DNA of 64,000 nucleotides from Candidatus Bathyarchaeota archaeon. GTDB taxonomy: Archaea; Thermoproteota; Bathyarchaeia; TCS64. Positions 1 to 9,622 of this stretch are shown in pieces. The stretch covers positions 96,001-160,000 of the forward strand of contig JBDRQD010000015.1 in NCBI GenBank assembly GCA_043826455.1, written 5' to 3'. Within the stretch, counting starts at the first letter, position 1; every line of letters starts with the position of its first letter. The notes under the pieces are model-generated. The model searched no databases and was not told the origin of the DNA. It worked only from the letters and a program-made list of their open reading frames with translations. Made by a program: the position numbers and the translations under genes.

Positions 1-1079
1 GCGTCGCCCTGGAGCTCCAGATGGAGGGAGACTACAGCCGCATCATGTACCGGCTCCTGGACTACCTGAAGCAGACGGCCATGGTGAACCCCGACGCGGA
101 CCTAACCTTCGTGGACCCCCGTGGCAGGCTCTATAGGTTCGAGAGAGGCACTGAGAAGATGCCTCCTCTGCCAAAAGCGGTGGAGCACCACCCCCACGGC
201 GTGGACGTGGAGACCTTCAGAAGACTCATAGGCACCACCAAGGCCAAGAACCTCAAAGAGTTCATGATGACCCACTTCCAGGGCATTGGCACCACCACCG
301 CGGACCGGTTCCTAGCGTTCGCAGAGATGAACCCAGGCGCCAAGCCCAAGAACCTGAGCCCCGACGACATAGTGAAGGTCGTCCGCGCCACCAAGGACTA
401 CACAGACTTCAAGCGCCCCGACGCCAGCTGCCTGAGCCCCATTGGCGAGGAGCTGCTTGAGACAGGCATCAAGAAGGAGCTGGGCCTCACCGACGAGGAC
501 TACATAAAGGTGGTGACCCGTAAGCCTAGCACCTACCTGGGCTTCCCGTTCATCGTGGAGGCCGCCGTCGCCACCGGGCCCACCGTCAGGAAGACCCACG
601 GCGCAGGGATCACCCTGTACAGGTTCGCTAACAGGATTCCGCTGCTCTTCGACGAGAGCAGCGGTGTCGTCTGGAAGGCGGCCAACAAGAACATCAATTG
701 GAAGACCTACAGGGTGGAGTCTGACACGCCCCTGGTGATAGCTGTCCACGTGTGCAGCACCAAGATCCCCTACAAGAGTGTGGGCAAGGAGTACATGGCG
801 GACCAGCCTGAGGTGGAGCGGGAGATCACCAACGCCATCCGCGAGGCGTCCAGGGGGGTCCGCGTATACATCAGCCGCAAGTTCAGGATCGCCCGGGAGC
901 GGCGGCGCCTCAACATATTCAATAACTACCTGCCCAAGATAGCGGAGTTCGCGTCCAAGCTGGCGGAGAAGCCCATACCGGATGTGGAGCCCCTGCTTGA
1001 AATGGTGAGCGCCAACATCCCCGAGGTGGAGAAGAAGCTAGAGGAGGTCCCTGAGATTGTCGAAGAAGCACATGAGTGA
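1..1079 (+). CDS. top6B: DNA topoisomerase VI subunit B (5'-truncated by window edge)
   Basis: HPHG, H2TH-like segment and LYRFANRIPLLFD / STKIPYKSVGKE transducer motifs. The frame is open upstream of the ATG at 21, and the gene overlaps top6A. Confidence 0.95.
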   Translation, partial: VALELQMEGDYSRIMYRLLDYLKQTAMVNPDADLTFVDPRGRLYRFERGTEKMPPLPKAVEHHPHGVDVETFRRLIGTTKAKNLKEFMMTHFQGIGTTTADRFLAFAEMNPGAKPKNLSPDDIVKVVRATKDYTDFKRPDASCLSPIGEELLETGIKKELGLTDEDYIKVVTRKPSTYLGFPFIVEAAVATGPTVRKTHGAGITLYRFANRIPLLFDESSGVVWKAANKNINWKTYRVESDTPLVIAVHVCSTKIPYKSVGKEYMADQPEVEREITNAIREASRGVRVYISRKFRIARERRRLNIFNNYLPKIAEFASKLAEKPIPDVEPLLEMVSANIPEVEKKLEEVPEIVEEAHE

Positions 1080-2142
1080 ATCGGAGCGCAGAAGGCTCGC
1101 CATGGAGCAGAGCCTGACCCAGCTGGGTAACCTCATCCACGAGCAGATCAACAACAAGGAGTTCCCATGGATCCACATGCAGAGCCGCAGCACCGACAAC
1201 ATTCTATACGACCCCGAAGAGCGCCAGTACGTGCTGGGGCCCAGGATGATTAGGCGCCACAGCCGCAACATACGCCACATCCGCCCCTTCACCCAGCTCA
1301 TATGGACGGCTTGGTTCAGCAAGGAGCTTGTCAGGCAGAGGAAGACCAGTACCCTGAGGGAGGTCTACTACTCGGCCCGAGGCCAGCGGGACATAGAGTA
1401 TAACGACCAGACCGAGTCGGATAACATCATCACCGACCTGGAGGTGGCCCTCAACCGGGCGCGGGAGGAATTTCACATCTTCCCGGAGGAGCGATCAGCC
1501 ATCTTCGGCGACCTCACCATAGAGTACACGGTGCCCGGCTACGAGGGACGTAGGATGAACCTGACGGACCACCCCGACGGTGTCATGATCGGGCCGGCCC
1601 TCACCAGCAGCGAGTTCGTGGAGACCGGCGCCGACAAGGTGCTGGTGGTAGAGAAGGGCGCCATGTTCACCAGGTTGGTGGAGGAGAGGGCCCACAAGCG
1701 GTTTAATGCCATCTTGGTCCATACCGCCGGCCAGAGCCCTAGGAGCACCAGGGGCATCATCAACAGGCTGTCCCACGACCACGACCTCCCCGTCTACATC
1801 TTCACGGACGGGGACCCGTGGGGCGTCCACATCGCTATGGTCATCATAAGCGGCTCGGCCAACGCCGCCCATCTCCGAGGCCTCACCACGCCCGACGCCC
1901 AGTGGATCGGCGTCTGGGGTAGCGACATCATAGAGTACAAGCTGCCCACGGAGCCCCTCACCGAGTTCGACCAGAAGCGCCTCAAGGAGCTGAAGGAGGA
2001 CCCCAGGTACAAGGGCGACATATGGCAGAGGGAGCTTGACATCTTCATGAAGCTGGGGGAGAAGGCCGAGCTGGAGGCCTTCAGCAGGTACGGCCTCACC
2101 TACATAGTGGACGAGTACCTTCCAGCCAAGCTGGAATCCTAG
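1072..2142 (+). CDS. top6A: DNA topoisomerase VI subunit A
   Basis: STLREVYY catalytic Tyr region, VVEK and DGDPWG TOPRIM motifs, KAELEA C-terminus. ATG at 1072 overlaps the end of top6B. Confidence 0.96.
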   Translation: MSESERRRLAMEQSLTQLGNLIHEQINNKEFPWIHMQSRSTDNILYDPEERQYVLGPRMIRRHSRNIRHIRPFTQLIWTAWFSKELVRQRKTSTLREVYYSARGQRDIEYNDQTESDNIITDLEVALNRAREEFHIFPEERSAIFGDLTIEYTVPGYEGRRMNLTDHPDGVMIGPALTSSEFVETGADKVLVVEKGAMFTRLVEERAHKRFNAILVHTAGQSPRSTRGIINRLSHDHDLPVYIFTDGDPWGVHIAMVIISGSANAAHLRGLTTPDAQWIGVWGSDIIEYKLPTEPLTEFDQKRLKELKEDPRYKGDIWQRELDIFMKLGEKAELEAFSRYGLTYIVDEYLPAKLES

Positions 2143-2169
2143 CCTTTTTTTACTCCGTCCATCTCTTTC

Positions 2170-2376
2170 ATGGTAACCATGTCTACGCGAATCAGTCTCA
2201 GCTTCAAGGGCCTTGCCACCGTTCTGGGAGGCTTCATACTCGCCGTCTCCGGCGTACTGCTGCTTGTCAACAGCTCCGCCGCAGACCCCGGCTCTCTAAA
2301 CCTTTGGTTCTTCACCCCCCTGGCCCTAGGCCTGGTGCTTGTAGGCGCCGTGATGCTCGCCTCGAGGGACACCTGA
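2170..2376 (+). CDS. small two-TM membrane protein
   Basis: Two hydrophobic stretches; stop lies 1 nt before the next start. Confidence 0.6.
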   Translation: MVTMSTRISLSFKGLATVLGGFILAVSGVLLLVNSSAADPGSLNLWFFTPLALGLVLVGAVMLASRDT

Positions 2377-2377
2377 G

Positions 2378-3136
2378 TTGTCGGTTAAGGGCGTCATCAT
2401 GGCGGGGGGCCTCGGCACCAGGTTCAGGCCCCTCACCGAGTACTTCCAGAAGTGCATGATACCCATCGGCGAGCAGCAGAAGCCCATAATGGAGTACATA
2501 GTGCGGCTCTACGGGTATCACGACATCAGGGACCTGGTGCTCCTGGTAGGGTACAAGCACCAGCAGATAGAGAACTACTTCGACCGCGGTCAACGCTTCA
2601 GTGTCAAGATGAGCTACGTGCTAGACGACCCTAAGCTGAAGGGGAGCGCCAACGCCCTCCTCAACGCCTACAGGCAGAAGGCCGTTGGGAGGAAGGACAC
2701 CCTCATCGTCTACTACGGGGACATAGTATCCAACATCAACCTCCAGGAGATGCTCAGGTTCCACAGGGAGCAGGACGCCGTGGCCACCATAGCCCTGGCC
2801 CCCAGCTTCGTGGTGAACGTGGGGGTGGCCGAGATGGAGGGGCCATGGATCAAGAGGTTCAAGGAGAAGCCCATGCTGCCCTCAGCCATAAGCATAGGCA
2901 TCCTCATCCTGGACGGCTCGGTGCTGGAGGAGATGGAGGCGCTCCACAGGCAGGGCGAGTTCGAGTCCTTCGACCTCATGGGGGACGTTGTCCAGTACCT
3001 GGTGGAAAAGGGGGACAAGGTGGCCGGGTACATCACAAGCGCCTACTGGTACGACGTGGGCAGCATAGAGAGGTACGAGAGGCTCAGCAACAACAGGATC
3101 ACCGAGGAGCTGGGCTTCCTCCTTAACCCACGTTGA
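2378..3136 (+). CDS. sugar-phosphate nucleotidyltransferase family protein (no LbH domain)
   Basis: GVIMAGGLGTRFRPLT...K signature, YGD, FKEKP, WYDVG. Confidence 0.9.
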   Translation: MSVKGVIMAGGLGTRFRPLTEYFQKCMIPIGEQQKPIMEYIVRLYGYHDIRDLVLLVGYKHQQIENYFDRGQRFSVKMSYVLDDPKLKGSANALLNAYRQKAVGRKDTLIVYYGDIVSNINLQEMLRFHREQDAVATIALAPSFVVNVGVAEMEGPWIKRFKEKPMLPSAISIGILILDGSVLEEMEALHRQGEFESFDLMGDVVQYLVEKGDKVAGYITSAYWYDVGSIERYERLSNNRITEELGFLLNPR

Positions 3137-3188
3137 AAGGAAAAAACTTCTTAAACCCACCCAAAACCTGTTAACCCGGCGACATAGT

Positions 3189-4277
3189 TTGAAAGCCGTA
3201 GTTCTAGCCGGAGGATTCGGCACAAGGCTCAGGCCCCTGAGCTGCAGCCGACCCAAGATGCTCTTCCCCGTGGCCAACCAAGCCCTCATAGACTACACGT
3301 TGAGGAACATGGCTCAGGGAGGCATAGACACGGTGATCCTGTCCGTCTACTACATGGCCGAGAACCTGGTCAGGCACCTCGGCCCATCAAAATTCGACCT
3401 CGGCATACTCTACAGCCGGGAGCAGAGGCCCCTGGGCACCGGGGGAGCCATCAAGAAGGCGCAGGACATGATCAACCACGGAGTCTTCTTCGCCATGAAC
3501 GGCGACATCCTGACGGACCTTGACTACAGGCGGCTCCTCAACTACCACGAGGAGAAGGGGGGTCTGGCCACCATAGCTCTCATACAGGTGCCCGACCCCT
3601 CCAGGTACGGCGCTGTTGAGCTGGACTGGGAGGGCCGCATCCTCAGGTTCGTGGAGAAGCCCCCTAGGGGCCACGAGCCCAGCAACCTCATCAACGCCGG
3701 CGTGTACGTCCTGGAGCCGGAGGTCCTGGAGATAATTCCTGATGGTAGACGCGTCTCCATAGAGACCGAGGTCTTCCCCAGGCTGGCCGAGGAGAGAAAA
3801 CTGTACGGCTTCGAGAGCCACGGGTTCTGGATGGACATCGGGGTACCCGAGGACTACCTGAACGCAAACGCCATCCTCCTCTCCAAGAGCGGCACCCTCA
3901 AGAACCCGACCTCCGTGAACGTAGACCCCTCAGCAGTCGTAAAGAAGCCCTGCATCTTCGGTGAAAACGTCAGAGTAGGAGCCGACTCCATCATCGGGCC
4001 CAACGTCTCCCTATCGGACGACGTCCACGTGGGCAAGGGCTGCCGAATAGAGAACAGCATAATATTCCCGGGGGCCGTCATCGAGGACTACAGCAGCGTC
4101 AGGAACGCCATCATAGGGGAGGCCGCGGTCCTGTCCCGCTGGGTCAAGGTGGAGTCGGGCAGCCTCATCGGGGACTACGCCCAGATCAGCGACGGCGTCA
4201 CCATCACCGAGAACGTGTACATCTGCCCCAGCAAGACCGTCGACGAGAGCATCCTTGTGCCCAAGATGGTGATGTAG
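3189..4277 (+). CDS. NDP-sugar synthase (mannose-1-phosphate guanylyltransferase-like) with hexapeptide repeats
   Basis: LAGGFGTRLRPL, PLGTGG, NGD, FVEKP, WMDIG, and C-terminal left-handed beta-helix repeats. Confidence 0.9.
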   Translation: MKAVVLAGGFGTRLRPLSCSRPKMLFPVANQALIDYTLRNMAQGGIDTVILSVYYMAENLVRHLGPSKFDLGILYSREQRPLGTGGAIKKAQDMINHGVFFAMNGDILTDLDYRRLLNYHEEKGGLATIALIQVPDPSRYGAVELDWEGRILRFVEKPPRGHEPSNLINAGVYVLEPEVLEIIPDGRRVSIETEVFPRLAEERKLYGFESHGFWMDIGVPEDYLNANAILLSKSGTLKNPTSVNVDPSAVVKKPCIFGENVRVGADSIIGPNVSLSDDVHVGKGCRIENSIIFPGAVIEDYSSVRNAIIGEAAVLSRWVKVESGSLIGDYAQISDGVTITENVYICPSKTVDESILVPKMVM

Positions 4278-5635
4278 TGGGCCGGCTTTTCGGAACCAAC
4301 GGCGTCAGAGGAGTCGTGAACCAGGAGTTCACCGTGGAGCTGGCCCAGGGCTTAGCCGCATCCGCCGGCAGCCTCCTGGGGAAGGAGATGGCCGTGGGCA
4401 GGGACGCCCGCACCAGCAGCCCCATGGTGAGGGACGCCGTGGTCAGCGGCCTCCTCAGCATCGGGTGCAACGTCCACGACATGGGGGTCCTGCCCACCCC
4501 CACCCTCCAGTACATGGTCAAGCACCTCGGCCTGGACGGCGGCGTCATGGTAACGGCCAGCCACAACCCGCCCCAGTTCAACGGCGTCAAGGTGATGGCA
4601 GCCGACGGCGTGGAGATCAGCAGAGCCACAGAGGACCGCCTAGAGGAGCTATACTTCAAGGGAGGTCCCCCACTGGCCGAGTGGAACATGGTGGGCGCAG
4701 TCCGCGAGGTGGACGTCGTAGAGACCTACATCGGGGCCGTGGTTGGCCAGGTGGACCGGAAGCTCATCTCGTTCCGCGGCCTCAAGGTGGCCCTGGACAC
4801 CGGCAACGGCGTCTCCTGCCTTGTGGCCCCCAGGGTGGCCAGCAGGCTGGGCGCAGGCGTCTACACCGTCAACGCCGAGCTGGACGGAGGCTTCCCGGGC
4901 CGCGGCAGCGAGCCCACTCCGGAGAACTTGGGCGCCCTCAGAGACCTGATAGAGGCTACTGGAGCCGACCTAGGAATCGGATTCGACGGCGACGGCGACC
5001 GTAGCATCATCATGGACGAGAAGGGGGAGGCCGTCTGGGGCGACAAGAGCCTCAGCCTCATAGCCGACTGGTACCTGGGGAGGCACCCCGGGGAGACCGT
5101 GGTCACTTCCATAAGCACCTCCAAGGGACTGGAGGACGTGGTGAGCCGTCATGGCGGCCGAGTCCACTGGGTCAGGGTTGGTAGCGTGGACGTGAGCCGA
5201 GCCATGGTGGAGAACAGATACCTCCTGGGGGGTGAGGAGAACGGCGGCATCATGTACGGGCCCCACCACCCTGTCAGGGACGGAGCCATGGTCATGGCCC
5301 TGCTGCTCCAGATACTGGCCGAGAGGCGCAGGCCCCTCTCAGAACTCATAGCCGAGCAGCCCATCTACTCCAAGGCCAAGGACAAGGTGGAGTGCCCCAA
5401 CGAGTTGAAGCCGGAGGTCCTGAGGAGGCTGCCCGGTCTAGTGGAGGGCTTGGAGGTGGACACCATGGACGGCGTCAAGGTCACCTACAGGGACAGGAGT
5501 TGGATACTCATAAGGCCCAGCGGCACCGAGCCCGTGTGCAGGCTCTACGCAGAGGCCAGGGACGAGGAGACCGTCAGAAGCATCATAGGTGAGTACAAGG
5601 ATAGGCTCAGCCGCCTGATTGAAGAGCTAAAATAA
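4277..5635 (+). CDS. glmM: phosphohexomutase (phosphoglucosamine mutase / PMM-PGM)
   Basis: FGTNGVRG, TASHNP phosphoserine loop, DGDGDR metal loop, GEENG, RPSGTEP. Confidence 0.85.
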   Translation: MGRLFGTNGVRGVVNQEFTVELAQGLAASAGSLLGKEMAVGRDARTSSPMVRDAVVSGLLSIGCNVHDMGVLPTPTLQYMVKHLGLDGGVMVTASHNPPQFNGVKVMAADGVEISRATEDRLEELYFKGGPPLAEWNMVGAVREVDVVETYIGAVVGQVDRKLISFRGLKVALDTGNGVSCLVAPRVASRLGAGVYTVNAELDGGFPGRGSEPTPENLGALRDLIEATGADLGIGFDGDGDRSIIMDEKGEAVWGDKSLSLIADWYLGRHPGETVVTSISTSKGLEDVVSRHGGRVHWVRVGSVDVSRAMVENRYLLGGEENGGIMYGPHHPVRDGAMVMALLLQILAERRRPLSELIAEQPIYSKAKDKVECPNELKPEVLRRLPGLVEGLEVDTMDGVKVTYRDRSWILIRPSGTEPVCRLYAEARDEETVRSIIGEYKDRLSRLIEELK

Positions 5636-5659
5636 ACCGTTTAAAGGAAAAAGGAGGGA

Positions 5660-6403
5660 TTAGAGCTTCTTCAGGTACTCTATGAACTCGGCCAAGTCGT
5701 CCACGACGGCCTTCACCAGCACCTTGCCCTTCTCCTTGGTGGCCTTCGTCGGCTCACCTAGGCTCCCTATGCTTGTGACCTCGTCGAAGCTGTAAGCCGC
5801 GGCCACCCTGCCCCTGTACTTGGGGTCGATGCTGCTGTACTCGGGTTTCCAGTCCTCGGCTTTATCCATGAGCAGCCTCTGGCCTAGGGCGAGGCCCACG
5901 CTGGTCTCCATCTCGCAGGCGTGGCCGCCGCTCTTCTGCTCTATCACCTTCACGGCCTCTGAGCCGAAGCCTCCGACGCCGGGGAACACCATGACGCTGT
6001 AAACCCGTTTACCGGTGTCCCGCTGTATTCTGTGAAGGGCCTCACGGATGGAGTTGGTGTTACCCCCGTGGGCGTTCATGATGACCACCTTGTTGAAGCC
6101 GTGGTGCAGCAGGCTCTCACACACCTCCTTGTAGACGTTCACAAGGGTCTCAAAGCTGAGGGTTATGCTGCCCTTGAAGTTCATGTGGTGGGGCGAGTAG
6201 CCGATGTAGAGGGGCGAAGCCACCAGGACGCCGGTTTTCTCCGCCACCCGCTTACTGATCTCTAGGGCCGTGAAGGTGTCGTTGTCGATGGCCATGTGCT
6301 TCCCGTGCTGCTCAGTGGAGCCAGCCGGGAGCAGGACCACGTCACACTTCTTCAGGTACTCCTCGACCTCGGGCCGAGTCAGCTTGTATAGAAGGTTCTC
6401 CAT
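5660..6403 (-). CDS. creatininase family amidohydrolase
   Basis: GSTEQHG.H...D, SPHH, NAHGGN, HACEMETS. Confidence 0.92.
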   Translation of the reverse strand: MENLLYKLTRPEVEEYLKKCDVVLLPAGSTEQHGKHMAIDNDTFTALEISKRVAEKTGVLVASPLYIGYSPHHMNFKGSITLSFETLVNVYKEVCESLLHHGFNKVVIMNAHGGNTNSIREALHRIQRDTGKRVYSVMVFPGVGGFGSEAVKVIEQKSGGHACEMETSVGLALGQRLLMDKAEDWKPEYSSIDPKYRGRVAAAYSFDEVTSIGSLGEPTKATKEKGKVLVKAVVDDLAEFIEYLKKL

Positions 6404-6449
6404 GTTGATCAGAGTTGAGGACCCGACCGTGAGATAAAAGGGGTGCGGG

Positions 6450-7400
6450 CTAGGCGAAGGAGGGAACGACCTCCTCGGCGAAGAGTTTAGCCTCCTCCTG
6501 GAAGCTGTCCCCCATGAACCTGACTATGAATAGGCTCACGCCGGCTTCTATGTACCGCTGGACCTGGCCTATGATCTGGTCCGGCGTCCCGGCCAGCGGA
6601 GGCCTCCTATCCATGGCCGCGTTACCGTACCTGGCCTGCATACTCTGGGTGTACCTGTCCATGCTCATCTCCGCCTTAACCTTGTCCCCGCTGATCAAGG
6701 CGTAGCAGGCCCAGGACCGCGTGATCTCGCCGGGGTCGCGACCCACCCTCCGGCAGTGGGCGTCCAGATTCTCCGACTTGGCCCTGAACGCCTCCGGTGT
6801 CCCCATCCAGGCCGCATAGTTGCTTACATCGGCGTGGCGTGCCACCGTCCTCAGAGTAAGCTTCTCCCCTCCCCCGGCCAGCATCAGGGGCGGGTGGGGC
6901 CTCTGCACTGGCCTGGGGCTGCAGTAGGCACCGTCGATGCTGTAGTAGCGGCCCTGGAAGCTGGGGGCCTCCTCGGTCCACATGAGTTTGATGATCCTAG
7001 CCGCCTCGTCGAGCCGCCGGACGCGAGCCGCCGGGCTCTCAAGGGTGTACCCGTAGGCCTTGAACTCGCCCTCGTGCCATCCGGTGCCCAGGCCCAGTAT
7101 GAGTCGTCCTCCGCTGATGGAGTCCAGGGTGGCCGCCATCTTGGCCAGAAGGGGCGGGTACCTGAAGGGGTTGCACAGGACCAGCTGCCCCAGCCTAATG
7201 ATGCTTGTGTTGGCGGCGAGGGCTGACATGGTGGTCCAGCACTCGTACCTGGGGTCGCCGGGGTTCTCATACATCCCGTAGACGTGGTCGCTGATCCAGA
7301 CGCTGTCGTAGCCCAGGGTCTCCAGGTGGAGGGCGTCCCCAAGAATCTCTTCATAGCTTTGCCTCTCCGAGCTTATGAAAGCCCCGAAACAGGTCTTCAT
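6450..7400 (-). CDS. LLM-class (luciferase-like, probably F420-dependent) oxidoreductase
   Basis: GYDSVWISDH, LAKMAATLDSISGGRLILGLGTGW..E, P.PVQRPHPP, GTPDQI. Confidence 0.9.
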   Translation of the reverse strand: MKTCFGAFISSERQSYEEILGDALHLETLGYDSVWISDHVYGMYENPGDPRYECWTTMSALAANTSIIRLGQLVLCNPFRYPPLLAKMAATLDSISGGRLILGLGTGWHEGEFKAYGYTLESPAARVRRLDEAARIIKLMWTEEAPSFQGRYYSIDGAYCSPRPVQRPHPPLMLAGGGEKLTLRTVARHADVSNYAAWMGTPEAFRAKSENLDAHCRRVGRDPGEITRSWACYALISGDKVKAEMSMDRYTQSMQARYGNAAMDRRPPLAGTPDQIIGQVQRYIEAGVSLFIVRFMGDSFQEEAKLFAEEVVPSFA

Positions 7401-7435
7401 GTAATAATGGTGGGGTTGATCGGTTATGACACTAT

Positions 7436-8521
7436 CTAGGGTATGATCTCGCAGCCGTTGTTGAGCGAGGGGTAGTCGAAGGCGTCCGCGGGGAGAACCC
7501 CCTCCTCCATGAGGCCACGGGCCAGCGGCACAAGCCCCTCAAGCTCCTCAATCATGTGCCGGGTGGACTCGCAGACCCTGTCGAACCACCCGCGGCCCCA
7601 GAACATGGTTTGGTTGACGTAGAGGCATCTTCCGCCGCACACCCAGAGGTCATCGCAGCCGTCGCAGGGCTGAGCCACTGGCAGGCTGTCACGTATCTCC
7701 TGAGGCGTGGAAGTGTGTATGCTTCCCACCTTGGAGTAGGGGAGCTCAGGCGCCACAGGGCACACGTGGACGTCGCCGCTGGTCATGATGGCGAAGCTGT
7801 CTCTCCCCGAGCCACACCATATGTGGGGCGCCGGTTCCCCTGTGATGAGGGTCCTGAGGACGGGGATGAAGGGGACCACGCCGAGGACTCTGCCCTGCTT
7901 GATTGCGTCGCTGAAGTCGTGGACCAGCCTCGTGATTCCCTTGTCGTACCTGTTAATCCAGTCCTCCAGGCTGTGTCTGGTCTCCAGATCCGACCAGAAC
8001 ACATCCAGCTGCCAGTGGACGTGGTCGAAGGCGGGGCTCTCCAGGCTTAGGAGGTGGGTGACGTCCCTGTGGATGTCCCCTTGGTCGCTGTAAGCCATCC
8101 TGGCCACCACGTCCCCCTTGTAGCCTCGTTCCTCCACGTCCCTGAGGTTCATGAGCACGGAGTCGTAGGTGCCCCGCCCCCTGCAGGCGTCCGTCACCTC
8201 CCTTGGCCCGTCAATGGACACCAGTATGCTGTGGAGCCTGTGGAGGTACCTGTCCTCTATCTCGGCCAGGTGGGTGGCGTTGGTCTGGAGGGTGTAGGCC
8301 TTGGCGGGGACGCTGTCCATCACCCTGTACATGAAGTCTATGGCTAGGAGCGGCTCGCCGCCATAGAAGCCGATGACGGGTTCCGGGTCGAGCCCTATGA
8401 AAGCTTTAAGGTCCTCCATCGTGTACGCCGGGTCCATGGGGAGTCCCTCCTGGTGCCTGGTTCCCCCGCAGTAGGCGCAGTGGAGGTTGCAGCGCTCCGT
8501 GAGGACCAAGTGGTACTGCAT
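7436..8521 (-). CDS. radical SAM/SPASM protein (TIGR04084/AF0577-like)
   Basis: CNLHCAYC motif, GGEPLL, SIDG, SPASM cysteines CGSG...CPV...CDGC...CGGRC, and a C-terminal EIIP. Confidence 0.88.
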   Translation of the reverse strand: MQYHLVLTERCNLHCAYCGGTRHQEGLPMDPAYTMEDLKAFIGLDPEPVIGFYGGEPLLAIDFMYRVMDSVPAKAYTLQTNATHLAEIEDRYLHRLHSILVSIDGPREVTDACRGRGTYDSVLMNLRDVEERGYKGDVVARMAYSDQGDIHRDVTHLLSLESPAFDHVHWQLDVFWSDLETRHSLEDWINRYDKGITRLVHDFSDAIKQGRVLGVVPFIPVLRTLITGEPAPHIWCGSGRDSFAIMTSGDVHVCPVAPELPYSKVGSIHTSTPQEIRDSLPVAQPCDGCDDLWVCGGRCLYVNQTMFWGRGWFDRVCESTRHMIEELEGLVPLARGLMEEGVLPADAFDYPSLNNGCEIIP

Positions 8522-8569
8522 ATGGTGTCCAACATGGTTGGGCTGGGTTCAATAAAAACTTGGAGATGG

Positions 8570-9610
8570 TTAACGGCGCCTGGCCAGCTCCAGCCTCAGG
8601 GCCTCCAGCTCCCGCCGGGCAGCCCCCTCATGGGCCTCACCGTACCAGGGCTGGCCCGCGCTCATTACTCTGAGCCTCTCTATGAGGGCCACGCTCTTCT
8701 CCAGGTGCCCCACGATGTTGCCATCTTCATCTGTGACGCCGTTGAAGAGCTGCGTCTGCCTCTCGCTCCAGTCCCCCGGCTGGTCCAGGCCCGGGACGTA
8801 GCTCAGGATGAGCCTCCTGAGGGTCTCGGGAGCGATGACGCTGCCCAGCTTCCTGGCCTCGCCCGTGACGCCGTGGTAGCTCTCATCCAGGCCGTAGATG
8901 GCCATGTCGTAGTTATTGTGGGCGAGCTGGGTAACGTCGCATATGGCGAAGCTGACGAGGCTTATGTCGTGGCGCTTGCAGAGGGCCCCCAGCCTGACGA
9001 GGGCGGGGACGGCGATGAACCCGTAGAGGACAACCTTCTCCGGGCTCAGTCCGCTGAGCAGGATATCCAGCAGGGCCGCCTCGGCTGAGCGCCCTGTGGC
9101 GTAGGTGTCGGGGACTATCAGGGTCTCCACGCGCTCCAGGTCCTCGGGGATGCTCCTGTAGGACACCTTCAGGCTCCTGGGGTCGTCGCTGTGGTCCCTG
9201 TAGCCCTCCTCCACGTACTCTGTGCGGATGTTGATGACGGGGACACGGCCCGGCATGGTCTCAGCCACCATGTAGCCGGCCCCTGCTCTGAGGATGTGCA
9301 TTAGCGCGGCTTTCTTCAGGTTCACGGAGCCTATCTGCTCAGCCGCCTTAACGAAGTCCCGGGCGGCCTCCAAGCACAGGGGCTTGAGCTCGTCCCCCAC
9401 TATGTGGGGGTGGCAGGCTATCAGTCCGCCGGCTAGCGTATCAATTATGTAGGTTTCACCTATGTACGTCCCCTGGGGGATCAGGCTGGAGCCCTCCACC
9501 CTGTACACATCGGCGCCTGCTCCAAGGTCCTTAATGTTGACGCGCTTGACTGAATCGGTATCGACCTGGAACTCCCGAACGATGGTATCCAGGATGTCCC
9601 CGTCCGTCAA
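8570..9610 (-). CDS. hypothetical protein, divergent uracil-PRTase-like fold
   Basis: ILRAG motif and the PRPP-loop-like LIVPDTYATGRS. Confidence 0.6.
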   Translation of the reverse strand: MTDGDILDTIVREFQVDTDSVKRVNIKDLGAGADVYRVEGSSLIPQGTYIGETYIIDTLAGGLIACHPHIVGDELKPLCLEAARDFVKAAEQIGSVNLKKAALMHILRAGAGYMVAETMPGRVPVINIRTEYVEEGYRDHSDDPRSLKVSYRSIPEDLERVETLIVPDTYATGRSAEAALLDILLSGLSPEKVVLYGFIAVPALVRLGALCKRHDISLVSFAICDVTQLAHNNYDMAIYGLDESYHGVTGEARKLGSVIAPETLRRLILSYVPGLDQPGDWSERQTQLFNGVTDEDGNIVGHLEKSVALIERLRVMSAGQPWYGEAHEGAARRELEALRLELARRR

Positions 9611-9622
9611 GTCAGCCCGCCT

